DNA of 64,000 nucleotides, taken from IMG/VR virus record IMGVR_UViG_3300044988_000363; one strand, 5' to 3'. Of the stretch, positions 48,190-58,376 are shown in pieces; the stretch's first letter is position 1, and every line of letters begins with the position of its first letter. Under the pieces are notes generated by a model. It did no database searches. It worked only from the letters and a program-made list of their open reading frames with translations, and was not told where the DNA came from. The translations under genes and the position numbers were made by a program. The stretch is from a virus.

Positions 48190-51100
48190 TTAATAAGCAA
48201 TAATATCCGAAGTTACGAATCTAGAATTACTGTCTGCTGTTAGATGAACGTAAATATCCCCATTTGAGTTCAAATCTCTATCGACAGAGATAACAATAAA
48301 ATCAGATCTGTTAGTTATATTGTCAACTTTGATTGCAATATTATCAACAGAAACTGTAGGAATATCAGCATATTCATAATAGTCATAAACATATGTATCT
48401 ACTGTGAAATGATCCTCATCACAAGTAATAAAATCTCCTGAAACTAGAGTATAAAGTGTAACAGGATCAGTATTAGCATATGATTGATCATATGCGATTT
48501 GCATAATAGAAGTATTTAGATCTTTGTATAAATACTTACCAAATAATTCAGAACCAGCAGAGTGGAAAGTTTCGTTAATTATATCTTTGTATTTAGAAAG
48601 ATTTTTTGCAGCCCTGATTTCATAAGAATAATCTTGATAATAATAACTATCTTGGATGTATTTATCGGAATCCAAGAAACTTCTTGTAGAATTCCAGAAT
48701 CCTTTGCCTTCTCCTATACCTTTTTTGTTGACAAGGCCAGTAACTTCTACCAGAGTATTAAATTCTACCAATTCAGAAGTCAAAAATGCATTTTTGCCAT
48801 TTTTTGTTTGGACAAGCACCTGAGGAGCCTGTCTGTAACCCGATCCACCATTCAATACTGTTGCGTCAACAATTCCGCCTGATGTATTTGTAGTTATGAA
48901 TCCTGTGGCAATAGTTCCTGGATCTCCGCCGGCGAAAACCAATTTTTCGTTGTTAGCATATCCAGTTCCGCCTTGAACAATTGTAATAGCATCTGAAACT
49001 GCATTATACAAATAAGCAGTTACTTCTTCACCTTCAACATAACCAATACCAGAATCAAGACTAGTAACAGACTTAATAGCATTATTTCCTGAGCTAGGAA
49101 TAGCCGTGATTCTTTCGTTTTCACCATTTATAGAACCATTAGCACTATACATCAATGTGTCATATATGGCAAAATTGGCAGGTATAGTTGTTGGAGCCAT
49201 AAAATATTTTGCTTTATCTGTTGAATTATAAATTGTATTTCCATACAGATACATTTTTGTATTGCTAACAACTTCTTTAATAACTTGGAATTCAACAGTA
49301 TTAGAATCCGCACTATTCGCTTGGAAACAAATTACATCGTTCGCCTCAAAAACCTCTGAGAACACTGTGCCAAAATTAGCATTTGTTATTTCGTCACTAG
49401 TAAGAGTAACAATATAATTATTTGTGTAATTGATATAGTAATAAGAATTACCTGTCAGACCGTCTAAAGCAGTATTGCCATTAGGCACTACGTATTCAAT
49501 TCTTTGACCAAAAGTCAATTCAGAGTATTCTAATGCTATACTAGAACTATTGACAAAGTTCACATAATAATATGTATTACCAGTCAATCCGTTTAGCGGA
49601 GTATTGCTATTAGGAACTTGATAATAAACTCTATCGCCTTTTGCGAAATAGCTACTGGCTGAGCTTATTTTGATAGTATCTGTGTTATAATCAAAACCAC
49701 TAGAATTAGCATAGAAATTATAAGAAACATTATTTCTTACCAATACTATACTATGAGTTTCATTCGAGTTTGCGCCAGGAGCAGTGTTATTAATGCTAAC
49801 GTTAGCAACGTTATATCCTCGGCTCAACTTTATTGGCTTAATCCAATTTCCCAACAAACTGAAGCCATTACCGTTCGCATAAAATGCAAACTGTGTTCCT
49901 GTTTCGTCTTCTATATAATGTGTTTCTGCTGGGTTATCAGCTTCACGAACAACTGCAAGGATATCCACATTTGCGCCAAGAACAGGAGTTGATCCAGTAA
50001 CATAATAAGCAAACCCAACATCAAAAACTGCACCACTACCGCTTGAATTACCACCAATAGAATTTGAAACTACAATGGTAGGGTTCAAATTAATAAAATT
50101 AGTTCCTGGATTAGTAACTACAAATGATAGATTTCCACCAGTGCTATTAGTAGATAATGATAAGGTAGCATTAGTTCCAAGAGCATTGGCAGTCAAAGCA
50201 ATAGATGTAGTGTTTACGAAATTAATCCAGTAATAATTATTACCTGTAAGCCCTCTCAAAGCAGTATTATTGGTAGGAACTTGGTAATAAACCTTATCGC
50301 CTTTTGCAAAATAATCGTCTGCTTGATAAATATAAATTACATCAGAGGTATTACTAAATCCTTGAGAATTTGCATAAAATTGATAAATTGCGCCGTTGCT
50401 TACTAAAACAATATCATGAAGCTCTGCAGGATCAGTAGTTCCTCTTGCATCTCTAATATTAACATTAGATCTTAAATTTACTACAGTGATAATATCTGTA
50501 TTGTTATAATTTGTAGCAATACCAGTATAAATTAATTCTCTGACTTCCAGAGCGTCTGCAGAATATGTGACTTTTCCTGGCAATTCATTAGATGTAATTA
50601 CTGATCTTGTAAATGTAGTAGCTGGTTTAGTATAATTGTTACCAATTTTAATATTTCTAAGATTTAGAATTCTACCAAAAGTACCACCTTTATAAGTCAA
50701 AACGTCATTTAATGTTGAATTGATATTACCAATTAGGTTTTTATCAAACCCAAAAGTTGCATCGTTTAGATAAACTCTTTTATAGTTGTATATTATATCA
50801 TCATTATATAATACATATCTTTTAGAATAAAGGTTACGAATATTGAATCCGCCGCCTGTACCTGTTTTATCATATGTGTCATTATAGAGAAATGTGAGAG
50901 AATTAGCTGTAAAACCAAATCCGCTACTCTGAACTCTAATTGTCAAAGCACCAATTTGTTTGAATACTTCTGCTACTCTTATTAGACCTTCTTTACCATA
51001 AGAAATAATATCGTCGGTAATGGGATCTCTATAAACAAGTTTTAGAACGTCGCCAACATTAAAATCCTGACCGCCAATAGTAACGTCAAGATTATACATA

Positions 51101-51765
51101 GAACCAAGAACTACTGGAGCTTGATAATTTATTTCACTGTTAGCAAAAAAGTCATAACGAATTATCTTTTCGCCGATGATAAATTCGCCGCCGTTTGGAA
51201 GAACATTAGTAATGTAAACAAGATTTACAATATCGTTGTTATATCTTTGTTGAACATAATTTTCAACAACAGCAAAAGTATTAGAAGAAGTGCCAACAAT
51301 AGTTTTACCAACCCAATCTTTCATTACATCATTATCAGTAATTTCTAGATATTGGGGCTTATACCAATTACCATCAGACACTCTCATAACATCAGTGCCT
51401 GGAAGGTAAATGTCTACATCTTCGTCATAAATTAATCTGAAAAGAAGCTTATAACAGTATATTGACCCTTTAGATCTGTAAACGTCAAGAATATGCTTTA
51501 GTAGAAATCTTTTGTTTGAAATGATATCAAACGGAATACCATACAGATACTTTTTCTGAAAGTGCTGTAAAAAGTCTTCAGTAGTATTATCGATATCTCT
51601 ATTGTCGAATAAGCTTCTGGCTTCGCCAATAGGGTTGCCTTCGCTTTCCATCCATTCGTAATATGCCTTCATAAACAATATGAAGGTTGGTCCATCTTCC
51701 TGATAAAATTGCGGGAATTGGTTCTCTACGAAATTAGAGATATATTTTTCTACTGAAAATTCCAT
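48190..51765 (-). CDS. gp7: Baseplate wedge protein (gp7-like) with inserted repeat domains
   Basis: FMKAYYEWME, YRSKGS..LLFRL, IQDSYYYQDYSYEI, HSAG; follows gp6. Confidence 0.75.
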   Translation of the reverse strand: MEFSVEKYISNFVENQFPQFYQEDGPTFILFMKAYYEWMESEGNPIGEARSLFDNRDIDNTTEDFLQHFQKKYLYGIPFDIISNKRFLLKHILDVYRSKGSIYCYKLLFRLIYDEDVDIYLPGTDVMRVSDGNWYKPQYLEITDNDVMKDWVGKTIVGTSSNTFAVVENYVQQRYNNDIVNLVYITNVLPNGGEFIIGEKIIRYDFFANSEINYQAPVVLGSMYNLDVTIGGQDFNVGDVLKLVYRDPITDDIISYGKEGLIRVAEVFKQIGALTIRVQSSGFGFTANSLTFLYNDTYDKTGTGGGFNIRNLYSKRYVLYNDDIIYNYKRVYLNDATFGFDKNLIGNINSTLNDVLTYKGGTFGRILNLRNIKIGNNYTKPATTFTRSVITSNELPGKVTYSADALEVRELIYTGIATNYNNTDIITVVNLRSNVNIRDARGTTDPAELHDIVLVSNGAIYQFYANSQGFSNTSDVIYIYQADDYFAKGDKVYYQVPTNNTALRGLTGNNYYWINFVNTTSIALTANALGTNATLSLSTNSTGGNLSFVVTNPGTNFINLNPTIVVSNSIGGNSSGSGAVFDVGFAYYVTGSTPVLGANVDILAVVREADNPAETHYIEDETGTQFAFYANGNGFSLLGNWIKPIKLSRGYNVANVSINNTAPGANSNETHSIVLVRNNVSYNFYANSSGFDYNTDTIKISSASSYFAKGDRVYYQVPNSNTPLNGLTGNTYYYVNFVNSSSIALEYSELTFGQRIEYVVPNGNTALDGLTGNSYYYINYTNNYIVTLTSDEITNANFGTVFSEVFEANDVICFQANSADSNTVEFQVIKEVVSNTKMYLYGNTIYNSTDKAKYFMAPTTIPANFAIYDTLMYSANGSINGENERITAIPSSGNNAIKSVTSLDSGIGYVEGEEVTAYLYNAVSDAITIVQGGTGYANNEKLVFAGGDPGTIATGFITTNTSGGIVDATVLNGGSGYRQAPQVLVQTKNGKNAFLTSELVEFNTLVEVTGLVNKKGIGEGKGFWNSTRSFLDSDKYIQDSYYYQDYSYEIRAAKNLSKYKDIINETFHSAGSELFGKYLYKDLNTSIMQIAYDQSYANTDPVTLYTLVSGDFITCDEDHFTVDTYVYDYYEYADIPTVSVDNIAIKVDNITNRSDFIVISVDRDLNSNGDIYVHLTADSNSRFVTSDIIAY

Positions 51766-53663
51766 TATTCTTTAGCTTCGATTATGGTTATAGATACATC
51801 TTCAGGTACTATTTTAATAATATTATTTAAGCCAGCAAAAATATCTACATCTTCATTGCGAAGATAAATTGCAATTTCACCACTGTAAGAAGAAATGGTT
51901 ATATCGTTCAAAGTAAACGATCCATCACTATATTTAATTTTACCAACTTCAACAATAGGTGTGATGACTCCATTTACTGGAGCATAAACTTTAATAATTG
52001 CTTTACCAATATCATCGCCAGTTTCTTCTGCTTGTCCATCGTCAGCAAAATATGCATCGGTATATTCAACACCATTATATACGTATGTGAATTTTGAAGA
52101 AATTAATGAAGCATGATCGTAATGAGTTTGATAACTAGACAAATAAAGTTCAGCGTGCGGTATTAATACTCCATTTTCATAAACTTTTTTAGTTGGAGTC
52201 TCATACATAATAACATTTTTTGTGGCTATGCTATATGTGGTAGGCCAATTTAATAAAGGAGCAATTTTTTTAATTAATCTCAAATGTGTTTGGTTACTTA
52301 CCACACTAGTGTCAGAATCATCAATTTCTGTAGCTAATCGACTGAATCTTAAATCTTTATTAAATAATTCCAAGTGATCTGAACTATATTGAAGTATAGA
52401 GTTCAAAACTTCTGTATTAATTTCAGAAACAGATTTACTTGTAGTATATATGTTATATTGAACGACTGTATCAAGCTTGACATATATGTATTCTGGGTCA
52501 GTTAAATCTAATCTGTTAGGAAGAGCAACATATCTTAAAAGGAAGTTAATGATTCTATTTTTCAAATAGTCAGGAGCAATAGTTCCAATAACTGGCTTTA
52601 AACAAACAATAACTCTACCATATCTTTTAGGTTCAACTTCTTGACCACCAAATATGGCAACGTCTTGAATTTCTCCGCCGAAATTGTTTTTAACAAGAGC
52701 AGCATAATCGTCTGAAGAAACTGCTCTTTGCTGAGTAGCAAAATATCTTGGAGCGGCGAATCTTACCGATTCGATTGATTCTTGTGCAGAACCACCAACA
52801 GAGGGAGAAACTGTTGTGATAGAAGAGGGTGAAGCGACACCGTTATTAAATGGTCCAATATCGTCATCTAGTGTAAATTCTTCAACGCCGTTACCAAGAT
52901 AACCATTGGTAACAATATATTTTACAAGAATGGTAGACCCATTCTTAGGCTTTCTACCAAAATAACCGTCACCAAAAACAACTTCATATTTGTTGCTATC
53001 AGAACCTTGAACGAAAAACACTTCTGATTTATTGTCAAGTTCAAATAAGGTTTCAGAACGTGTAAATTCTGTGTTTGTAGAACCGTTATCTTCAACTACA
53101 TATACTTCTAAACTTGTAGTGTCAATATTTTGATTAGAAAGAACAAATAATTGATTTTCAATATCATAATTCATTACAAATGAATCTTGGAAATATATAC
53201 CTTCGTTAATTTGAAGGTTATCTATTGTAAATATATTATTAGTTGAGGTGACTGTAATTCTAGAGTCTGTTACGAAATTGAATGAACCATTGGAGTTTGA
53301 CCCTGAGAATCTAGTGCCCTTTGGAATGGTAAGATTTCCCAAAATACCAGTTGTTTCAACTGTGAATGAAACATTAGCAACAGAACAATGGGCGCTTCTT
53401 GGGGTATAATTTAACTCTTTTGAATGAGACACAATCGAATCGTATTTCTGAGCTGAATCAAGAAACATCTCAGAAGCAACCATATTGAGATAAAACGAAT
53501 TCAAATATGAATTATATGCCATAACGTCTAATAGAACGTTAATATTTGAGCCGTCGTAGTTGTAATCTTTGAGAACAGACTGAGTTTTTAGGAACTCTTT
53601 GAAATTCTCTTTAAGAGTATCAAAATCTAAAGAACTAAGTGTTAGTGAGCTATTTGCTGCCAT
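51765..53663 (-). CDS. gp6: Baseplate wedge subunit
   Basis: LDFDTLKENF, DYNYDGS, EMFLDSA, FGDGYFGRKP, QQRAVSSDDY. Confidence 0.93.
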   Translation of the reverse strand: MAANSSLTLSSLDFDTLKENFKEFLKTQSVLKDYNYDGSNINVLLDVMAYNSYLNSFYLNMVASEMFLDSAQKYDSIVSHSKELNYTPRSAHCSVANVSFTVETTGILGNLTIPKGTRFSGSNSNGSFNFVTDSRITVTSTNNIFTIDNLQINEGIYFQDSFVMNYDIENQLFVLSNQNIDTTSLEVYVVEDNGSTNTEFTRSETLFELDNKSEVFFVQGSDSNKYEVVFGDGYFGRKPKNGSTILVKYIVTNGYLGNGVEEFTLDDDIGPFNNGVASPSSITTVSPSVGGSAQESIESVRFAAPRYFATQQRAVSSDDYAALVKNNFGGEIQDVAIFGGQEVEPKRYGRVIVCLKPVIGTIAPDYLKNRIINFLLRYVALPNRLDLTDPEYIYVKLDTVVQYNIYTTSKSVSEINTEVLNSILQYSSDHLELFNKDLRFSRLATEIDDSDTSVVSNQTHLRLIKKIAPLLNWPTTYSIATKNVIMYETPTKKVYENGVLIPHAELYLSSYQTHYDHASLISSKFTYVYNGVEYTDAYFADDGQAEETGDDIGKAIIKVYAPVNGVITPIVEVGKIKYSDGSFTLNDITISSYSGEIAIYLRNEDVDIFAGLNNIIKIVPEDVSITIIEAKE

Positions 53664-54089
53664 TTATCGGACTCGTTTCAATAGGACAGTAAGAGTAATA
53701 GGTTCTGGATTATTTATTAAAGTATAATAGATACTTATTTCTAAAGAGTTTTCGTTTGGCTGAATTTTAACTTCAACACCCAAAAGGTTTGCTCTTGGTT
53801 CATTGTTCTCTATAGTATTTTTTATAAAAAGTTCCAGAAGAGAAATATCTTCAGGATACTGATTCTCAAAAAGCATAGAATACACATCTGAGCCTACCAT
53901 TGGCTGAAAAGGTCTCTCGCCAAGATTTGTTTTTATAAGATTTTTTAACGATTGATTGACTGCTTGCTCGTTAGTAACTCTACCAAGTTGATTACCAAAT
54001 GGAGTGATGTCAAAACCTGTCAAAAAATCCGAAAAATATTCTTTTTGTTTTGATGTGCCTGTTAAAGCGTCTGCTCTTGTTGTTGCCAT
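53664..54089 (-). CDS. gp25: Baseplate wedge subunit
   Basis: AVNQSLKNLIKTNLGERPFQP, IENNEPR. Confidence 0.93.
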   Translation of the reverse strand: MATTRADALTGTSKQKEYFSDFLTGFDITPFGNQLGRVTNEQAVNQSLKNLIKTNLGERPFQPMVGSDVYSMLFENQYPEDISLLELFIKNTIENNEPRANLLGVEVKIQPNENSLEISIYYTLINNPEPITLTVLLKRVR

Positions 54090-54377
54090 TTATCCTACTT
54101 CTACTAAACTGCTTCCAGAAGAAGCTTTGGGATTACAATGTTCTCCGCCAGCTGTTGGACATAAATTGTCCTGATTAGCACTATCATTAACCACTATTAT
54201 TTTTTTACCAGCAATTGTAATATACGATTTAGAAGCTATTAAACCGCCAGCACCATGTGTATTTTGATCGTTTTCAACAGCCCATAATTTTCCTTCGATG
54301 GTAACAAAATTCTGACCACTAACAACTGTAGTAGCTCCACAAGATCTTTGATCGCTGTGTCTATGTGCTTGGCTCAT
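54090..54377 (-). CDS. PAAR-like spike tip protein (gp5.4-like)
   Basis: HRHSD..CG, D.NTHG, HC.P metal ligands; lies after the gp5 C-terminal gene. Confidence 0.8.
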   Translation of the reverse strand: MSQAHRHSDQRSCGATTVVSGQNFVTIEGKLWAVENDQNTHGAGGLIASKSYITIAGKKIIVVNDSANQDNLCPTAGGEHCNPKASSGSSLVEVG

Positions 54378-54384
54378 TTACTAT

Positions 54385-55209
54385 TTAACCTTGTTCAAAT
54401 TTAATCTGGGAAGATTTAATAGTAATCGAACCGCTTTCTATCACTATACTGGAACCACCAACTTTTAATGTAATTTTTGATTGTGATTCGACAGTAATAT
54501 CAGATTGTGCTTTTCCTATAATCTTAGCTGCAGAATTAATAGTAGCATCAGATCCTGTTTGGATCATCATGGTACTACCAGTTTCTATTTTGCCCTTTTG
54601 TTTTATGTGAATATCATGGTTAGAACCTGCATATAAAGAAACGTCTTTCTGAAATACTTCGATTTTGTTTTTCTCACCCATAGAAACATATTCGCCTTCA
54701 GTTGCCATAAAGCGATCTTTTTTACATCTATCTCTAAGAGTTCCAGAGCTTACTTTACAAGTTACGGAATCAGAGGCTTTCTGGGTCGACTTATATTGTG
54801 CGCCTCCAGACATTTTGATTTCTTCTTTTTGTGTACCTCTGTAATATTTTCCACCAGTTGCTTGACCAAAATCTTTTCCGTATTCAATTCTACCAGTTTT
54901 TTCACCATTATGATCGTAATGACCATCAACTTGACTAGCATGCCCGCCAGCAGTATATCCTCTATATTCACCAGATTTTAGATTTGTGTGTATTTCTTTT
55001 TTATCAGAATCGTGCTGTGTGGTATGATAGCTTCCACTAGGCAATAATTCTTCAGAATAAGATTTTTCGTTTTCGTCAGGATAACGATATTTGAAATGAT
55101 GACCACCTAATGCATCCCATTCTCCGTGAATGTATCCATATTTTGGAACAATATCGCCCTCATCAACTCCGGACTTTGGTAATTTTTTATTGTCTTTATC
55201 ATTAGCCAT
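54385..55209 (-). CDS. Spike beta-helix protein (gp5 C-terminal-like)
   Basis: Repetitive beta-strand pattern ending ITLKVGGSSIVIESGSITIKS (VgrG/gp5 C-terminal-like); precedes PAAR. Confidence 0.65.
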   Translation of the reverse strand: MANDKDNKKLPKSGVDEGDIVPKYGYIHGEWDALGGHHFKYRYPDENEKSYSEELLPSGSYHTTQHDSDKKEIHTNLKSGEYRGYTAGGHASQVDGHYDHNGEKTGRIEYGKDFGQATGGKYYRGTQKEEIKMSGGAQYKSTQKASDSVTCKVSSGTLRDRCKKDRFMATEGEYVSMGEKNKIEVFQKDVSLYAGSNHDIHIKQKGKIETGSTMMIQTGSDATINSAAKIIGKAQSDITVESQSKITLKVGGSSIVIESGSITIKSSQIKFEQG

Positions 55210-56703
55210 TTACGATATTCCCAATAATTTTAACATTGTTTCAATATTTGTCAATCCTGTTTCTGAAATATTTCCTCCGGAATAACTGCCACCGCCAGAA
55301 GCTTGTGGGAATCCTGAACCAGCCCCACCGCCACCGCCATTGGAACCGCCACCAAAACCACCGAAACTGCCTAACAGACTTCCACCACCAAGATTTCCTA
55401 GGATACCACCAATACCTCCTCCACCAATTCCAAACCCTCCCATGATATTCGATAAGCCTCCCATGTTTCCAAGAGATCCTAAAGCTCCGCCCAAACCACC
55501 GCCCATTGCCATATTTCCTAGTTCAAAGAGCTGATTGTTGAACGACATATCTTTTGTATACTGTTGCAAAGCTTTATTAATCTCGCCTTGGTTCAATACA
55601 GATTTTGGTAATTGTTCAGATTGTAACATTTGCAATAATTGCTGTAATTGGCCACCCATCATACCAGCCATATTATTTCCTCCGTTGTTGCCGGAGTTAC
55701 CACCAGAATTATTTCCCATGTTGTTGTTTAATGTATCTTGCTCTATTAAGTTTGATCTTTTTATCAACAATTCATTAAATATTGCAATTGTCAAAATAGG
55801 TTGCGGTCCAATTTCCAAATTAGGTTGTGGTGTTTGTAATTTCACATATTGATCTAGATCTTCTGCCAATCCCAATTCTGAATTTGAGTATATTTCTTGA
55901 CTTGATGAAGAAAAGTGATAAGAATTTTCTTCCTTTTTTGTCCAAACCTTATCCGTAGAAGCTGGAGATCTCCATTCATAGTATCCAGGATACGGGTCTG
56001 TTGCTAAAGTGTAGTATTGTTTTTGGTAAAAATCAGGAACAGCAGCTGGATCTACCAAAGGATCGGGCACATCAACTCCAAATACAACTGTTTCGTATAC
56101 TGACACAGGAATATCTTCTGGTCCATAATATAGACAAACTTTTATCAAGTTTGCCATAGCATTCTCAACAATTTTTCTATATCTAATATCAACTAGATTT
56201 ATTCTGTTTTCTGAGAGTAACTCAACAAAAACTTGTATTACTCTTTCAAATCCATATTTTCTAACCAAAATAGCCAAAGCACCAGTAAAAGAATCTTCTA
56301 ATACTGAAGAAATACCAGAAGGTAATACTGGTATTTGATTTAAACCAGTTTGCCCACCAGCACCACCACCTCCAAAACCACTACCCATAGACAATATACT
56401 AGTCATTTGCATCAATTGTTGATACATTTGTGGTATGACTTGTGCTTTACCTTGAGGATCAATTTGTTTTACTAATTGCGGTAAATCTGTGATACCTTTA
56501 TCACCAGAAGCAGTTGTTGGTTTGTCTGCATTAGGAGCAAATTTATCTCTGACATCAGAAAGTTCTTTTGAATCGTCTGGCTTAACTGCTGGCGCATCAG
56601 CATATTTTACCGAAGCATCAATTTTTGGTTTTTTACCACCAATAGTTTGATTGTTCGGACTTACTCTCTTTTTATTTTTTTCAAAAGCTGGTTTAGGCGC
56701 CAT
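55210..56703 (-). CDS. Hypothetical protein with Gly-rich hydrophobic C-terminus, inside the gp5 locus
   Basis: 497-aa ORF coupled between gp5-N and gp5-C genes. Confidence 0.7.
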   Translation of the reverse strand: MAPKPAFEKNKKRVSPNNQTIGGKKPKIDASVKYADAPAVKPDDSKELSDVRDKFAPNADKPTTASGDKGITDLPQLVKQIDPQGKAQVIPQMYQQLMQMTSILSMGSGFGGGGAGGQTGLNQIPVLPSGISSVLEDSFTGALAILVRKYGFERVIQVFVELLSENRINLVDIRYRKIVENAMANLIKVCLYYGPEDIPVSVYETVVFGVDVPDPLVDPAAVPDFYQKQYYTLATDPYPGYYEWRSPASTDKVWTKKEENSYHFSSSSQEIYSNSELGLAEDLDQYVKLQTPQPNLEIGPQPILTIAIFNELLIKRSNLIEQDTLNNNMGNNSGGNSGNNGGNNMAGMMGGQLQQLLQMLQSEQLPKSVLNQGEINKALQQYTKDMSFNNQLFELGNMAMGGGLGGALGSLGNMGGLSNIMGGFGIGGGGIGGILGNLGGGSLLGSFGGFGGGSNGGGGGAGSGFPQASGGGSYSGGNISETGLTNIETMLKLLGIS

Positions 56704-57116
56704 TAATTACTATCCTTTTTAGTCCAAGCTGGATTATCAATGCCTGGTTTTTTAATTTTACCGCCAGAATTTTTCTTAGCATCATCAGTATTTGTTCCTA
56801 CACCGCCATTACTATCTTCATGTCCTTCTGGCATATCACCTCTTGCCAATGATCCTATAACAATAGGATATTGTTTAGCATGATCTTCTTCAGAATATAT
56901 AATCAAAACTCTAGAACCAACCACTAGACCTGAAGGAGATATTCCTATTCTCGACGTTGCTGGCGAAGTGACTGGATGAAGCACCATGGCCCATGGCAAC
57001 TCATCATCCTTTACTTGTTGTTCGTCGTTATGTTTATTGTATATTCTAACTTTCACACGTCCTGATTTAGTAGGATCGTCTTCAAAGTTTCTGACTTCTG
57101 CTATATGAAATGTCAT
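56703..57116 (-). CDS. gp5: gp5 N-terminal OB-fold domain as a stand-alone gene
   Basis: DDPTKSGRVKVRI...LPWA...GSRV...PIVIGS; only 137 aa. Confidence 0.8.
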   Translation of the reverse strand: MTFHIAEVRNFEDDPTKSGRVKVRIYNKHNDEQQVKDDELPWAMVLHPVTSPATSRIGISPSGLVVGSRVLIIYSEEDHAKQYPIVIGSLARGDMPEGHEDSNGGVGTNTDDAKKNSGGKIKKPGIDNPAWTKKDSN

Positions 57117-58375
57117 GCTTGACCTCCTCCACCTTCTTTATAAGAAGCCTTTACAACTCTAACTACCATAGTGCAATGAGGTGGTTCAGCTGCTATTCTA
57201 TATTTTGTTCTAATAGCAACAACCAAAAACTTACCATTCATTTGTTTTTCGCCACCTTCCCAATCACTGTTTGCTTTTGTGGGAATATCAAGCTCTATCA
57301 TTTCTCCTAATTTGATATCAGGGTTATAATAAGTTTCAAACTCTGCAGAATTTTGGGCCAGATGAGATAAAAAAGCTGCTCGTTTAGTCATAGCTGAAGC
57401 AGTTTCATGTTTTTCTTTATTGTTTGCCTTATCATGCACATAATGAGTTGGTACGCCTTTATCAACATATGAAGGCGAACTGTTATAAACTGGATCTCTA
57501 TCTGCAAATTTAAATTTGTTATTGCTTTTTGGTTGGTTTACAGCCACAACTTTATGCGTAGTATAATCAAAAGTATATTCTGAAGATTTATCTAACGCTC
57601 TTGGACCACTATCAAAAGACTTTGATGGTTTGAACCACATAACAGAATTTTGTCTTTCTTGTCTATTATTGAGTTCAAAATTCAAATTAGTGGTTTGTTT
57701 TAATTTTACTTTTGAAGAGCCTTCAAATAGTTCTTCGAAAGTTTTAAAGTGATACTCATATTCACCACCAGATTGACCTGATTTCTGAAATAACACAAAA
57801 CAAGAGGATTCATATTTGTCCGAAACATGCTCAGTGCTTATTTGTTTATAAGCATCTAGAGGATGAGACTTAGGAATTATCAATCTTCTTTTTTTGGTCT
57901 TACCAGCATTGAATTGTTTTTTAGATTTGAATCCCTTTTCAACTATATGTTTTACTGCTTCAGAAGTTTCTTGATTGAAACTTTTTTCAACATAGTTACC
58001 TTGAGCGTTTAAAAACTCTGGCGAAACGCATCTAATGTCATATTGTTTGTGATGTCCAGAACCAACGTTATTCAAAGATTGATCGTTCAAATCTTTGTTG
58101 TGAAACATTTTCATCTTTAATTTATGTCCGCCACCAATTCCTGCTATAGAATTGTCGCCAGAAAAATTTATCTCAACATCCTGGTCGTATGAACCATTTA
58201 ATTTTGTTTTGCCCAATTGATCTGTTGGATCGAGAACTCTTATTTCAGCTAATGGTCCATAAGGATTTAGAATATCTTCATAAATGTTGAAACCAACGAG
58301 AGAAACCTTTCCCCCTTGGATCAAATCCATTTGTCCAACCTTCAATGAAGAAATTTTAATATCACCAATAGCCAT
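57113..58375 (-). CDS. Baseplate hub protein (gp27-like)
   Basis: IYEDI, F.T.EEL, G..IEL.IP, GKFLV..IR; position between gp53 and gp5. Confidence 0.55.
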   Translation of the reverse strand: MAIGDIKISSLKVGQMDLIQGGKVSLVGFNIYEDILNPYGPLAEIRVLDPTDQLGKTKLNGSYDQDVEINFSGDNSIAGIGGGHKLKMKMFHNKDLNDQSLNNVGSGHHKQYDIRCVSPEFLNAQGNYVEKSFNQETSEAVKHIVEKGFKSKKQFNAGKTKKRRLIIPKSHPLDAYKQISTEHVSDKYESSCFVLFQKSGQSGGEYEYHFKTFEELFEGSSKVKLKQTTNLNFELNNRQERQNSVMWFKPSKSFDSGPRALDKSSEYTFDYTTHKVVAVNQPKSNNKFKFADRDPVYNSSPSYVDKGVPTHYVHDKANNKEKHETASAMTKRAAFLSHLAQNSAEFETYYNPDIKLGEMIELDIPTKANSDWEGGEKQMNGKFLVVAIRTKYRIAAEPPHCTMVVRVVKASYKEGGGGQA

Positions 58376-58376
58376 A

